Source: Candidatus Omnitrophota bacterium
Lineage (GTDB): Bacteria; Omnitrophota; Gorgyraeia; 2-01-FULL-45-10
DNA: 64,000 nt
Direction of reading: 5' to 3'
Assembly (NCBI GenBank): GCA_028699255.1
Contig: JAQVUX010000004.1
Coordinates: forward strand, 88,668 to 152,667
The notes under the pieces were generated by a model, which saw only the letters and a list, made by a program, of their open reading frames with translations, made no database searches and was not told the DNA's origin. The position numbers and the translations under genes were made by a program. Positions within the stretch are counted from its first letter, which is position 1. Each line of letters opens with the position of its first letter. Below are positions 18,393-28,192 of the stretch, one piece after another.

Positions 18393-19379
18393 ATGCAGCG
18401 TGTCCGTTATGAAGTTGATCCTTATAATAGGTTGGTGATTGCCGACGACGGCTCCACCGGCGATCTTCCGAAGTTTCGACAGGCCATCGACGGGCAATTC
18501 AAGCTCGACGAATATAATAATCTGTCCTATCGCGTAAAGGCGCCGCTCTCCGAAGGCGATGATATTCCGCATCAGGTGGATATCGGCGGCAGTTGGCGGC
18601 TCGGAGACAAGCACGAGCTTAGGCTTGCCGTGGAGCAGGCTTCGCGCAAGACGTTCGGCGACGAGATAACCTTACAGGGCGATATTTTAGACGTCGATAA
18701 AAACTCGCTTCTTTTTTCGATTACTACGAGGACCAAGGCCGGCGGCCGTTCGACATACATAATGGCGCTCAAGGGCGTATGGAAAGCGGATGAAAATAAC
18801 CGGTTGTCTTTTTACGCCCGGCGGGAAAATGGTAATACCGACGCCCTGGTTTTTAATGGGGCCTGGGAGATAAACAAGAATCATCAGATAGTCTATAGAT
18901 ACGAAAAGACGCACGAGCTTGTATTCAAAGGACACTGGGACATAAAAGAGAAGTTTCGTCTGACATATCTGATGGATGTCAATTCTTCGTCGGCGTTTGA
19001 GTTCAAGGTCGGCGCAGGAGTGATGAAGGAAGATTATATAGCGTACGAGGCCGGCATAGGATTTCAGCGCGGGCTCAAAAAGATAAAGAAAAGGATCACT
19101 TTATACGGCGCGTGGAAATTAAAGAAAGACACGGGGTTAGTTTTTGAGATAGAATATGAATCCGGCGAGTTTTATTCCATCCTCTTCGGCGCGGATTGCG
19201 CGCTCGGACGGGGAGGCGTGGTATCGTTTAAACTCAAAGAAGGCGTTAGCGGACGGGATCTCGGGATGTCCGTGAAGTTATCCCGGGATATACTGGGAGG
19301 CGACGGCGAATTATTTATGCGCGCTCTGGCGTCGCGGCGGGAGTTGGCCGTATACGCGGGCGCGGCGTGGAGATTTTGA
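18393..19379 (+). CDS. Hypothetical protein, beta-rich repeat architecture
   Basis: No recognisable motif. Repeated KG.W.. segments. Confidence 0.4.
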   Translation: MQRVRYEVDPYNRLVIADDGSTGDLPKFRQAIDGQFKLDEYNNLSYRVKAPLSEGDDIPHQVDIGGSWRLGDKHELRLAVEQASRKTFGDEITLQGDILDVDKNSLLFSITTRTKAGGRSTYIMALKGVWKADENNRLSFYARRENGNTDALVFNGAWEINKNHQIVYRYEKTHELVFKGHWDIKEKFRLTYLMDVNSSSAFEFKVGAGVMKEDYIAYEAGIGFQRGLKKIKKRITLYGAWKLKKDTGLVFEIEYESGEFYSILFGADCALGRGGVVSFKLKEGVSGRDLGMSVKLSRDILGGDGELFMRALASRRELAVYAGAAWRF

Positions 19380-19401
19380 CAGGTCAATGGAGGGGGAAAA
19401 G

Positions 19402-19881
19402 ATGAAGACGCTCGTAACTTACTATTCATACAGCGGAAATACCGACAGGATCGCCGGAATATTTGGCAGGATGCTCGAGACAAGAGGCGAGGTTCATGTT
19501 CAGCGTCTTAAGCCTGTAACCGAAATAAAAAGTTTCATCGGCCAGTGCCGCGCGGCGCGGAAGGCGGAGAAAGCGATACTTCAGGAAGGCGTAAGGTTTG
19601 ACGTTACTTCCTACGATCTTGTTTTGATCGGCTCGCCTGTATGGGCATTCGCTCCGGTACCTGCGATAAATACATTTTTAGCGAACCTGACCGGATTGAA
19701 AGATAAACGCGTGATAGTTCTTTTGACATCCGGCAGTGGATTGGGCGTGAAGAATTGTTTTAAAAACATCAGGGCGATTCTTGAGGCAAAAGGCGCTTCC
19801 AGGATAGACGAGATAAATATTCCGGACAAGAAAAATAAAGACAACGATTTTGTGGCGGCGTCACTGCAGAAGGTATTATGA
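19402..19881 (+). CDS. Flavodoxin-like fold protein
   Basis: MKTLVTYYSYSGNT flavodoxin FMN-binding start. RBS GGAGGGGGAAAAG. Confidence 0.6.
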   Translation: MKTLVTYYSYSGNTDRIAGIFGRMLETRGEVHVQRLKPVTEIKSFIGQCRAARKAEKAILQEGVRFDVTSYDLVLIGSPVWAFAPVPAINTFLANLTGLKDKRVIVLLTSGSGLGVKNCFKNIRAILEAKGASRIDEINIPDKKNKDNDFVAASLQKVL

Positions 19882-20915
19882 AGAATATGCGCGTGTCGGT
19901 ATATTACGGAAATAAAGATATACGGCTTGAGGAGAGGACGGTGCCGCGGATAGGCGACGGCGAGCTTCTCGTCCGGATAGAGGCGAGCGGGATATGCGGC
20001 AGTGACTGTCTCGAGTGGTATCGCATAGACAGAGTTCCGCTGGTGCTGGGCCATGAGATAGCGGGCGTCGTCGTCGAGGCGGGCAAAGGTGTCGTGAGAT
20101 TTAAGATCGGCGACAGGGTGTCGGTGTCGCATCACGTGCCGTGCGGGGAGTGTAGATTCTGCCGTGATGGGCACGAGACGGTGTGTGATACGCTGAGAAA
20201 GACGAATTTCGATCCGGGCGGTTTCTGTGAATTCGTCCGGGTTCCGAAGATAAATGTGGATAAAGGCACGTACCTGATTCCCGACGATGTGTCGTTAGAG
20301 GAAGCGACTTTTATTGAACCGCTCGCCTGTGTCGTCAGAGGCCAGCGTTTAGCGAATTTTAAAAAGGATAATACCGTTCTTATCATCGGGAGCGGCATAT
20401 CAGGCCTTCTGCATATTCAGCTCGCGAAGGCCAACGGCGCCAGACGTATCATCGCTACCGATATCGCGCCTTCGCGGCTTGCCGCCGCAAAAAGGTTCGG
20501 CGCCGACTATGCGATAAATGCCGGAGAATATACCCCGGCGATGCTAAAAGATCTGAATGACGGCTGTCTCGCCGACCGTGTTGTAATTTGCGCGGGCGCG
20601 GACGCGGCATTTGAACAGGCCCTCAAGTCTGTAGAGCGAGGCGGCACGGTGCTTATATTCGCCGCGGCCCGGAAGGGGGCGCTTCTCCCTGTTCCGACGA
20701 ACGAAATATTCTGGAGGAATGAAGTAACTATTACCGGTTCGTATGCCGGAAGCCCCGACGATCATGTTAAGGCATTAGAAAAAATTACCTCGCATAAAAT
20801 AAACGCTTATGATATGATAACGCATCGTTTCGGATTAAAGGAGGCGGGCTTAGGATTTAAGCTCGTGGCCGAAGCAAAAGACTCAATAAAAGTTATAATA
20901 AAACCACAGGAATAA
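19878..20915 (+). CDS. Zn-dependent alcohol dehydrogenase, MDR family (sorbitol/threonine-DH-like)
   Basis: GHEIAGVV zinc site, structural Zn Cys cluster, and a GSGISGL Rossmann motif. Confidence 0.8.
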   Translation: MKNMRVSVYYGNKDIRLEERTVPRIGDGELLVRIEASGICGSDCLEWYRIDRVPLVLGHEIAGVVVEAGKGVVRFKIGDRVSVSHHVPCGECRFCRDGHETVCDTLRKTNFDPGGFCEFVRVPKINVDKGTYLIPDDVSLEEATFIEPLACVVRGQRLANFKKDNTVLIIGSGISGLLHIQLAKANGARRIIATDIAPSRLAAAKRFGADYAINAGEYTPAMLKDLNDGCLADRVVICAGADAAFEQALKSVERGGTVLIFAAARKGALLPVPTNEIFWRNEVTITGSYAGSPDDHVKALEKITSHKINAYDMITHRFGLKEAGLGFKLVAEAKDSIKVIIKPQE

Positions 20916-20916
20916 T

Positions 20917-22689
20917 ATGGCTACACCACTTGAGAAATGGGTTGAAGAACAGGCGAAACTGACAAATCCCGATAAGGTCTATTGGTGCGACGGTTCCGAA
21001 AAAGAGGCGCGCCATCTCGTCGAGATCGGTATGAAGGAAGAAGACATCGACGGTAGCCCGATCTTCCTGGAATTGAACCATAAGACATTCCCGAATAGTT
21101 ATCTGCACAGGAGCCATTCGACCGATGTCGCGCGTACCGAGCATTGCACATTCATCTGTCATCCGGATAAAGAGACGGCCGGTCCGAACAATAACTGGAT
21201 GGACCCCGAAGAAGCGAAGGCACGGATGAGGAAGCTCTCCGCAGGATGTATGCGCGGCCGGACGATGTATGTACTGCCTTATATGATGGGCCATCCGGAT
21301 TCGCCGTATTCCAAAGCGTGTGTCCAGCTTACGGACGTCTCATACGTCGCGGTAAGCATGAGGATAATGACGCGCATGACCAAAGATGTTATTGGAAAGA
21401 TAGGCGGCAATGAGAACTTTGTCAAAGGACTTCATTCGGTAGGCGATTTTAATCCGGAGAAACGTTTCATAATGCATTTCCCCGATGAGCATTTTGTATG
21501 GAGCATCGGTTCCGGATACGGCGGCAACGCCCTTCTCGGCAAAAAATGCTTCGCTTTGCGGATAGCGTCGTGGCTTGGTTTGAAAGAAGGCTGGCTTGCC
21601 GAACACATGGTCGTGATGGGTATACAGGACCCGAAAGGTAATATTTCGTACATAACGGCGGCGCTTCCGAGCGCTTGCGGCAAGACGAACCTTGCGATGC
21701 TTGAGTCGGCGCTCCCCGGATATAAAGTGTGGATCATAGGAGACGATATCGCCTGGCTCAACATAGGCCCGGACGGAAGATTGTGGGCGATAAACCCGGA
21801 GAGCGGATTGTTCGGAGTAGCGCCCGGCACGTCGATGAAGACGAATCCGAATATGATGCGCACGCTCAAGGCAGGGACATTCTATCCGACGCTGTTTACT
21901 AACACAGCGCTCGATGCGGACAAAAATGAGCCCTGGTGGGAAGGTATAGACGGCGGGATACCGGAAAATCTTTTAGACTGGCAGGGAAAGAAATGGGATA
22001 AGTCGGTGGGTACCAAGGCCGCCCAGCCGAATTCCAGGTTCACCGCATCTATATATCAATGCCCGACGCTATCGCCGGAGTTCGATAATCCTAAAGGTGT
22101 TCCGATATCGGCTATAATATTCGGCGGGAAAAGGAGACACGTCAACCCGCTCGTCATGGAAGGATTTAATTGGCGGCATGGCGTATTTATGGGCTCGAGG
22201 ATGGGCTCGGAGACGACGGCGGCCGCGACTCATAAAGAAGGTGTGGTGCGGAGAGATCCGATGGCGATGTTGCCGTTCTGCGGTTACAATATGGCCGATT
22301 ATTTCGGGCATTGGCTTAATATGGGTAAACGTATTACCAATCCGCCCAAGATATTTTCCGTCAACTGGTTCAGGACCGATGATAACGGTAAATATATCTG
22401 GCCCGGATTCGGCGATAACATAAGAGTGCTGAAATGGATAATCGACAGGGCTAATAACAGAGTCGGCGCGAAAGAGACGGCCATAGGGCTGGTTCCGCAT
22501 ATAAAAGATCTGGAAATGAAAGGCCTTAATATTCCAGCGGAAAATCTGGAGAAACTTTTTGCCGTAGATACTGCGGGATGGAAACGCGAAGCCGAAGACA
22601 CCGAAACGTTCTTCAATAAATTCGGCGATCGCATACCGCAGGAAATGCGGGATGAATTAAAGCAGATGAAGGAAAAGCTTAACGGATAG
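20917..22689 (+). CDS. pckG: Phosphoenolpyruvate carboxykinase (GTP)
   Basis: The kinase-1a motif FPSACGKTN and the full PEPCK-GTP layout. Confidence 0.9.
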   Translation: MATPLEKWVEEQAKLTNPDKVYWCDGSEKEARHLVEIGMKEEDIDGSPIFLELNHKTFPNSYLHRSHSTDVARTEHCTFICHPDKETAGPNNNWMDPEEAKARMRKLSAGCMRGRTMYVLPYMMGHPDSPYSKACVQLTDVSYVAVSMRIMTRMTKDVIGKIGGNENFVKGLHSVGDFNPEKRFIMHFPDEHFVWSIGSGYGGNALLGKKCFALRIASWLGLKEGWLAEHMVVMGIQDPKGNISYITAALPSACGKTNLAMLESALPGYKVWIIGDDIAWLNIGPDGRLWAINPESGLFGVAPGTSMKTNPNMMRTLKAGTFYPTLFTNTALDADKNEPWWEGIDGGIPENLLDWQGKKWDKSVGTKAAQPNSRFTASIYQCPTLSPEFDNPKGVPISAIIFGGKRRHVNPLVMEGFNWRHGVFMGSRMGSETTAAATHKEGVVRRDPMAMLPFCGYNMADYFGHWLNMGKRITNPPKIFSVNWFRTDDNGKYIWPGFGDNIRVLKWIIDRANNRVGAKETAIGLVPHIKDLEMKGLNIPAENLEKLFAVDTAGWKREAEDTETFFNKFGDRIPQEMRDELKQMKEKLNG

Positions 22690-22707
22690 CTCAGGGAGGG
22701 ACTTAAG

Positions 22708-23484
22708 ATGGACTGGGGAATGGCGAATAGGATGTCGCGTTTGTTTAGGCCGGATACCGGGAAAGCCGTATGGCTGGCCGTGGATCACGGTTATTTTTTA
22801 GGGCCGATATCGCGTCTCGAAGAGCCCGGCAAAACCATAAAGCCTCTTTTGTCTTTTACCGATGCGCTTATGTTGTCGCGCGGCGTCTTAAGGAACTGCG
22901 TCGAAACTTCTTTGAATATCCCCGTGATATTGAGAGTATCCGGCGGTAATAGTATAGCAGGCCCGGCGCTTTCAAATGAATCAGTGCAGGTCGCGATGGA
23001 CGACGCCGTGCGTTTAAACGCGTCTGCGGTTGCGCTTTCTATATATGTGGGCACGGAACACGAACACCAGACGCTTTCGGCATTGAGCAGTCTCGTCAAT
23101 GAGGGGCATAGGTGCGGCCTGCCGGTTCTCGCCGTAACTGCCGTTGGCAAAGAGCTCGCGAAGCGGGATGCGCGGTATCTGGGCTTGTGTTGCAGGATCG
23201 CCGCGGAACTTGGCGCGCAGGTCGTCAAAACGTACTACTGCGATGATTTCGAGAAGGTGGTAAAGTCGTGTCCCGTGCCGCTTGTAATAGCTGGAGGGCC
23301 GAAACTGAATACGCCGCTCGATGTGTTGAAATTGGCGCATAGCGCGATAGGTGAGGGCGCCAAAGGCGTCGATATGGGCAGGAACATCTGGCAGTCCGAT
23401 AACGCTGTCGGCATGATAAAGGCGGTGCGTAAGATTGTCCACGAAGGCGCGAGCGTAAAAGAAGCTGCAAAGTTGATAAAATAA
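22708..23484 (+). CDS. DhnA-type class I aldolase (fructose-bisphosphate aldolase / ADH synthase family)
   Basis: WLAVDHG and a KTYY Schiff-base lysine region. It is adjacent to pckG. Confidence 0.6.
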   Translation: MDWGMANRMSRLFRPDTGKAVWLAVDHGYFLGPISRLEEPGKTIKPLLSFTDALMLSRGVLRNCVETSLNIPVILRVSGGNSIAGPALSNESVQVAMDDAVRLNASAVALSIYVGTEHEHQTLSALSSLVNEGHRCGLPVLAVTAVGKELAKRDARYLGLCCRIAAELGAQVVKTYYCDDFEKVVKSCPVPLVIAGGPKLNTPLDVLKLAHSAIGEGAKGVDMGRNIWQSDNAVGMIKAVRKIVHEGASVKEAAKLIK

Positions 23485-23546
23485 CATTTGCTTTTTGTTT
23501 AATTAAGGCATATACTTTTTAAAGCGAACTAACCGGGAGGAAAGGG

Positions 23547-24059
23547 ATGGCAAGAAAAAATTTTGTATTTGCGGTTGCGGTATTATTAGCTATATTCATG
23601 GTATCCGGATGCAGTACTGTACCGAAAAAGTTTAAGGAAGAGGTCGGCGGAATAAAGTCGAAGGTTGATACTCTCGAATCGAGAGTTGAAAGTGTGGAAT
23701 CGAAGCAGGCGGAGTCCGAGAGGCTCGTAAGTCAGCAGAGCCAGACGATCGAGGAGATGAGAAGCGAAAAGTCAAGGAACGTAAACACCAACGTAATGAC
23801 TCGCTCCGGAACGGTTTCGGTAAAAGCGCGGGAGAGCGTAAAGGAAATTCAAAACTGTTTGAAGAATGCCGGGTTCTACAAAGGCGCGATAGACGGCGTA
23901 AAGGGCAGGGGCACCAAGAAGGCGATCAAAGAATTTCAGAGAGCGAATGGCCTTAAGGCTGACGGCAAGGTAGGGTCGAAGACGTGGGAAGCATTGTCCA
24001 GATATGCATCCGCGCCGGCTCAGGGTGCAGGTGCCGTAGAAGAGGGAGCGACGAAGTAG
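23547..24059 (+). CDS. Lipoprotein with C-terminal peptidoglycan-binding (PG_binding_1) domain
   Basis: Lipobox MVSGCS, a coiled coil, and a C-terminal DG..G..T..AI..FQ...GL..DG.VG..T block shared with the 26099 paralogue. Confidence 0.55.
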   Translation: MARKNFVFAVAVLLAIFMVSGCSTVPKKFKEEVGGIKSKVDTLESRVESVESKQAESERLVSQQSQTIEEMRSEKSRNVNTNVMTRSGTVSVKARESVKEIQNCLKNAGFYKGAIDGVKGRGTKKAIKEFQRANGLKADGKVGSKTWEALSRYASAPAQGAGAVEEGATK

Positions 24060-24091
24060 TAAAATTTAAAAGTCAAAAATTAAAACTTCAA

Positions 24092-24126
24092 GGGGCGCCC
24101 TCAAAAATATGTGCGGCGCCCCTTTT
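24092..24126 (+). terminator. Intrinsic terminator
   Basis: GGGGCGCC/GGCGCCCC stem followed by TTTTGAG. Confidence 0.55.
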
Positions 24127-24300
24127 GAGTTAGATATGATAACCCCGCCGGGAGTGAAAAAAAGGGCGGGGCGATTGCCTGAGTTAGATATGATAACCCC
24201 GCCGGGAGTGAAAAAAAGGGCGGGGCGATTGCCTGAGTTAGATATGATAACCCCGCCGGGAGTGAAAAAAAGGGCGGGGCGATTGCCTGAGTTAGATAAC
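24127..24300. repeat. About 3.2 tandem copies of a 54-bp unit, each with a CCCCGCC/GGCGGGG hairpin and A-rich loop
   Basis: The units at 24127, 24181 and 24235 are identical. They lie immediately upstream of the lrp start. Confidence 0.8.
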
Positions 24301-24318
24301 ATCAATCGGAGGTATGAT

Positions 24319-24804
24319 ATGAACGAGATTCTGGAAATACTGGAGAAGAATGCCCGGGCGACGCCCGAAGAGATAGCGAAGATGCTCGATATTACCCCGG
24401 CATCTGTGAAGAATTCGATAAAGAAGCTGGAGAAAGAAGGCGTCATATTAAAGTACAAGACGATAATAAATAAAGAGATTATCAGAGAAGAAGACTCCGG
24501 AGTTCGCGCGTTAATAGAGGTGAGAGTTACGCCGCAGAAGAACGTAGGTTTTGAGGCCATTGCCGAACGTATATACCAATTTCCGGAGGTGACGAGTTGT
24601 TATCTGATGTCGGGAGCTTACGACCTTCTGATCGTCGTCGAGGGAAGCAATATACAAAAGGTAGCGAGTTTTGTCGCGGAGAAGCTTTCCTCCATGGAGA
24701 ATGTCCGCGGGACCGCGACTCATTTCATATTAAAAAAATACAAAGAAGACGGGGATATATTAAAACAGCCGCAGTCCTCGAAGCGCCCGGCGATCACATT
24801 GTAA
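24319..24804 (+). CDS. Lrp/AsnC family transcriptional regulator
   Basis: An HTH (TPEEIAKMLDITPASV) followed by a RAM domain. RBS GGAGG lies before the ATG at 24319. Confidence 0.8.
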   Translation: MNEILEILEKNARATPEEIAKMLDITPASVKNSIKKLEKEGVILKYKTIINKEIIREEDSGVRALIEVRVTPQKNVGFEAIAERIYQFPEVTSCYLMSGAYDLLIVVEGSNIQKVASFVAEKLSSMENVRGTATHFILKKYKEDGDILKQPQSSKRPAITL

Positions 24805-24844
24805 ATGTAAAAGATCTATGTTCGTAAAACGATAAGGTTATTTT

Positions 24845-26026
24845 ATGAGTATGAAAATATCTAAACTGGTCGAACAGATACCGCCGTCGGGGATACGGGT
24901 ATTTTTTGAGCTCGTCCTTGGCATGAAGGACGTCATATCTCTGGGCGTCGGCGAACCGGATTTTGTCACGCCATGGAATATCAGAGAGCGGGCCATATAT
25001 TCTCTCGAGGAAGGCTACACGTCCTATACCTCGAACAAAGGTATGGTAGAGCTTCGCCGCGAGATATCGCGCTACCTTAAACGCAAACACGGACTGGACT
25101 ATGATCCGGAGGAAGAGATACTGGTTACGGTCGGTGTGAGCGAAGGATTTGATCTGGCCGTAAGAGCGATAACCGACAGAGGCGATAAGATACTTATCCA
25201 GGAGCCTGCCTATGTTTCATACGGGCCTGTTTCGACTATCTGCGGCGGTAAGCCCGTTCCGATAAAGACATTCCCCGAGGATGATTTTAAAGTAACATCG
25301 CGCCAGATATTGAAGTCCTGCGATAGGAAGACGAAGGCGATGGTATTAAGCTATCCAAACAATCCTACGGGCAATTCCTATTCGAAGAAAGAATTAAAAG
25401 CGATCGCAGGCGCGGTTGTGAGAAAAAACCTTATTGTTATAAGTGACGAGATATATTGCGATCTCACTTACGATTTTGAGCATACAGCTTTTGCTACATT
25501 GCCCGGGATGAGGGCTCGGACGATATATTTGAACGGATTCTCGAAGGCATTCGCGATGACCGGATGGAGGATAGGCTATGCCTGCGGCCCAAAAGAAATA
25601 ATAGCCGCGATGACAAAGATACATCAGTATACTATGATGTGTGTGCCGATAACCTCGCAGATGGCCGCGATGGAGGCTCTGAGGAACGGGGAGAAGTCCG
25701 TGCAGGAGATGAAGCGCGAATACAGGCGCCGTCGCGAATTCGTCATCGCGCGATTGAATGAGATGGGTCTTTCGTGCCACAAGCCCGAGGGGGCGTTTTA
25801 CGCTTTCCCGTCCATAAAGAAGTTCGGGCTGTCATCGCTTGAGTTTTCGAGCCGTCTTCTTAAAGAAGAGAAGGTGGCGGTTGTGCCCGGCACGGCATTC
25901 GGCAGTTGCGGTGAAGGATATGTAAGAATATCCTACGCTACCGGTTTTGATAAACTGAAAGAGGCCATGAACAGGATGGAGAGATTTTTACAGAATGTTA
26001 CTAATGCGCCGCCTTCTGCCAGATAG
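24845..26026 (+). CDS. Class I/II PLP-dependent aminotransferase (aspartate aminotransferase-like)
   Basis: SYPNNPTG and NGFSKAFAMTGWRIGY with the PLP lysine. Confidence 0.8.
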   Translation: MSMKISKLVEQIPPSGIRVFFELVLGMKDVISLGVGEPDFVTPWNIRERAIYSLEEGYTSYTSNKGMVELRREISRYLKRKHGLDYDPEEEILVTVGVSEGFDLAVRAITDRGDKILIQEPAYVSYGPVSTICGGKPVPIKTFPEDDFKVTSRQILKSCDRKTKAMVLSYPNNPTGNSYSKKELKAIAGAVVRKNLIVISDEIYCDLTYDFEHTAFATLPGMRARTIYLNGFSKAFAMTGWRIGYACGPKEIIAAMTKIHQYTMMCVPITSQMAAMEALRNGEKSVQEMKREYRRRREFVIARLNEMGLSCHKPEGAFYAFPSIKKFGLSSLEFSSRLLKEEKVAVVPGTAFGSCGEGYVRISYATGFDKLKEAMNRMERFLQNVTNAPPSAR

Positions 26027-26098
26027 GGCTTGACAAAGCGATATGTCGGGGTATAATTTTATTGTATATTATGACAGTATATAAAAAAGGAGGAGTAA

Positions 26099-26545
26099 AT
26101 GAACAAAGCATTTTTAATGATAGCCGTCGCGGCATTGGTCATTATGCCGCTTGCAGTTTTTGGTTGTAAGGGTAAAGTTGAGAAAGCTCAAGGCCTGGAA
26201 ACGAGTGCAGTGATGCCCGAAGCGATGACTCCGGCCGGCGATACGCTTGCCACACCGGAACCATCTCAGGTAGTAGCGACGGAAACTATACCTCCGTCTG
26301 CGGCCCCTCAGTTATCCACAGAGCCGGTTGTACAGCCTGTTAAGACGAGCGTCGATAATAGGAATAAGGATATTCAGACTGCATTAAAGAACGCGGGATT
26401 TTATGCCGGCTCCATAGACGGAAAGATAGGACCTAAGACGAAAAAAGCTATAGGCGAGTTCCAGAAATCTAAAGGATTGAAAGCTGACGGCAAGGTTGGG
26501 CCTAAGACATGGGCCGAACTCGAAAAATATTTAGTCCAACAGTAA
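26099..26545 (+). CDS. Exported protein with C-terminal peptidoglycan-binding domain (paralogue of 23547)
   Basis: Signal peptide with lipobox. The C-terminal block is near-identical to that of 23547. A strong consensus promoter, TTGACA-17-TATAAT, lies upstream at 26030-26058. Confidence 0.5.
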   Translation: MNKAFLMIAVAALVIMPLAVFGCKGKVEKAQGLETSAVMPEAMTPAGDTLATPEPSQVVATETIPPSAAPQLSTEPVVQPVKTSVDNRNKDIQTALKNAGFYAGSIDGKIGPKTKKAIGEFQKSKGLKADGKVGPKTWAELEKYLVQQ

Positions 26546-26561
26546 AAAGGAGGAGTTTTTA

Positions 26562-26915
26562 ATGAAGTCCCTGAAATTATTCCTGGTGTTTGTACTTGCC
26601 GCATCTCTCGTATCGCTGGCGGGTTGCGGTGTACCGAAAGATAAATACGAAGCGCTTCTTAATGAAAAGATTGCGCTGGAAGAAAAAGTATCCGTTCTGA
26701 CCGCCTCAAAAGATGCGCTCAGGAAAGAGTATGACAGTCTGTTGCAGGATAAAATGGACCTGGCGACCAAACTGGAGACGATTAATAACGAGAAGACCGC
26801 GCTTAAGGGCGAATACGATAAAATACTCGACGAGAAGGTCGTTCTCAAGGCGGCTTATGATAAGCTTGTAGCCGGCACTAATAAAGACGCTGTGAAAAAG
26901 GAGGGGTCTTTATGA
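26562..26915 (+). CDS. Coiled-coil lipoprotein, hypothetical
   Basis: Lipobox LAGCG followed by heptad repeats. Confidence 0.4.
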   Translation: MKSLKLFLVFVLAASLVSLAGCGVPKDKYEALLNEKIALEEKVSVLTASKDALRKEYDSLLQDKMDLATKLETINNEKTALKGEYDKILDEKVVLKAAYDKLVAGTNKDAVKKEGSL

Positions 26916-27346
26916 AGAAGTACGTATTAAGCGTATTATTACTCGCGGGTTTGTTTGCCATCCCGGGGTATTGCCAGGATAACCAGCCACCCGCAGAAAC
27001 TGTCGGGCAACCTCCGGCAGTTATTCAACCGGTTCAACCTCAGGAAATGGCTATTTATGGAGAGGTCAAAACTGTAAATACTGCGGCTGATTCTATCACT
27101 GTCCAGTATTATGATTACGACAGCGACGAAGAGAAGATTATAGAGATAGCTATTGATGGCACTACAAAGATAGAGAATGCATCTACTGTAAATGACATAA
27201 AGCAAGGGAATTGGACCGATGTTATTTATTCAGTTGTGGATGGAAAAAATATTGCCAGATCTGTAATAGTAGAGAAAGAGGAAGAGATTCCGCCTGTAGA
27301 GATGCCGTCCGCGGACGCGTCACAGGAAGCGCCGAAAGCCCAATAA
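26912..27346 (+). CDS. Secreted hypothetical protein
   Basis: Signal peptide. Confidence 0.35.
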   Translation: MKKYVLSVLLLAGLFAIPGYCQDNQPPAETVGQPPAVIQPVQPQEMAIYGEVKTVNTAADSITVQYYDYDSDEEKIIEIAIDGTTKIENASTVNDIKQGNWTDVIYSVVDGKNIARSVIVEKEEEIPPVEMPSADASQEAPKAQ

Positions 27347-27365
27347 TTTAAAAGGAGCGTTCACT

Positions 27366-28187
27366 ATGGCGTCCAGTCCTTCAAAAGCCGGACAGAGGAA
27401 AGAATTCAGATTTCCTGCCGGCTACGGTGATAACAAGATAGTTCTTCTTGTAAGGGATCCTTGGTGGCTCTTCGCGTATTGGGAGATCAGGAAGGGCAAG
27501 GAAGACGAAGTAACTGGCAAGATGAAGGCGTCTGGCGAAAAACCGGCAAAGTCTATCCTCCGGGTATATGATGTCACAGGTATAAAGTTTAACGGGCGGA
27601 ACGCCCGTTCTTTTTTTGACATAGACCTGAAGAATATGGCAAGCACCTGGTATATAAACGCGAACTCTCCGGACAGTTCGTGGGTTGTCGATATAGGTAT
27701 CGTCTCTAACAAAGGTAATTTTTATCTTCTGGCCAGATCCAATATAGTAACAACTCCGCGTTTTGGGATATCCGACCAGATTGATATCGAATGGAAGGCT
27801 CCGGAAGACGATTTTTTGAAGATGTTCGGTTTATCCGGAGGCATGGGTGTCGGGAAGGGATCGTTGGAAGTAAGGGAAATGTTCCGTAAACATCTCGAAG
27901 AACAGGTAACATCCGGTAACATATCAAGTGGCGCCTCTTTTTACAGAAAGCCGTCGGATCGGAAGTTTTGGCTCGTTGTGAATTGTGAGCTTATCGTCTA
28001 TGGAGCTACGGAGCCGGATGCCAAACTGAAGGTACAAGGCAAAGATGTGAAACTCAGGCATGATGGCACGTTCACCATGAGATTCGCTCTTCCCGACGGA
28101 AAGCAGGAGATCCCGGTCGAGGCTACCTCAAATGACGGCAAAGACCGCCGTCGCATAACCCCTATAGTAACGAGAAAGACAGAGTAG
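27366..28187 (+). CDS. DUF4912-like protein; this family is often adjacent to GH57 genes
   Basis: LLVRDPWWLFAYWEI motif. Confidence 0.4.
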   Translation: MASSPSKAGQRKEFRFPAGYGDNKIVLLVRDPWWLFAYWEIRKGKEDEVTGKMKASGEKPAKSILRVYDVTGIKFNGRNARSFFDIDLKNMASTWYINANSPDSSWVVDIGIVSNKGNFYLLARSNIVTTPRFGISDQIDIEWKAPEDDFLKMFGLSGGMGVGKGSLEVREMFRKHLEEQVTSGNISSGASFYRKPSDRKFWLVVNCELIVYGATEPDAKLKVQGKDVKLRHDGTFTMRFALPDGKQEIPVEATSNDGKDRRRITPIVTRKTE

Positions 28188-28192
28188 CTATT

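Noticed and set aside
24127-24300. Possible CRISPR array
   Set aside because: Units are directly tandem 54-bp repeats with no unique spacers and no cas genes nearby.
24109-24804. 231-aa ORF from the six-frame track
   Set aside because: The N-terminal 70 residues are a translation of the tandem repeats. The real Lrp start is the ATG at 24319 with a GGAGG RBS.
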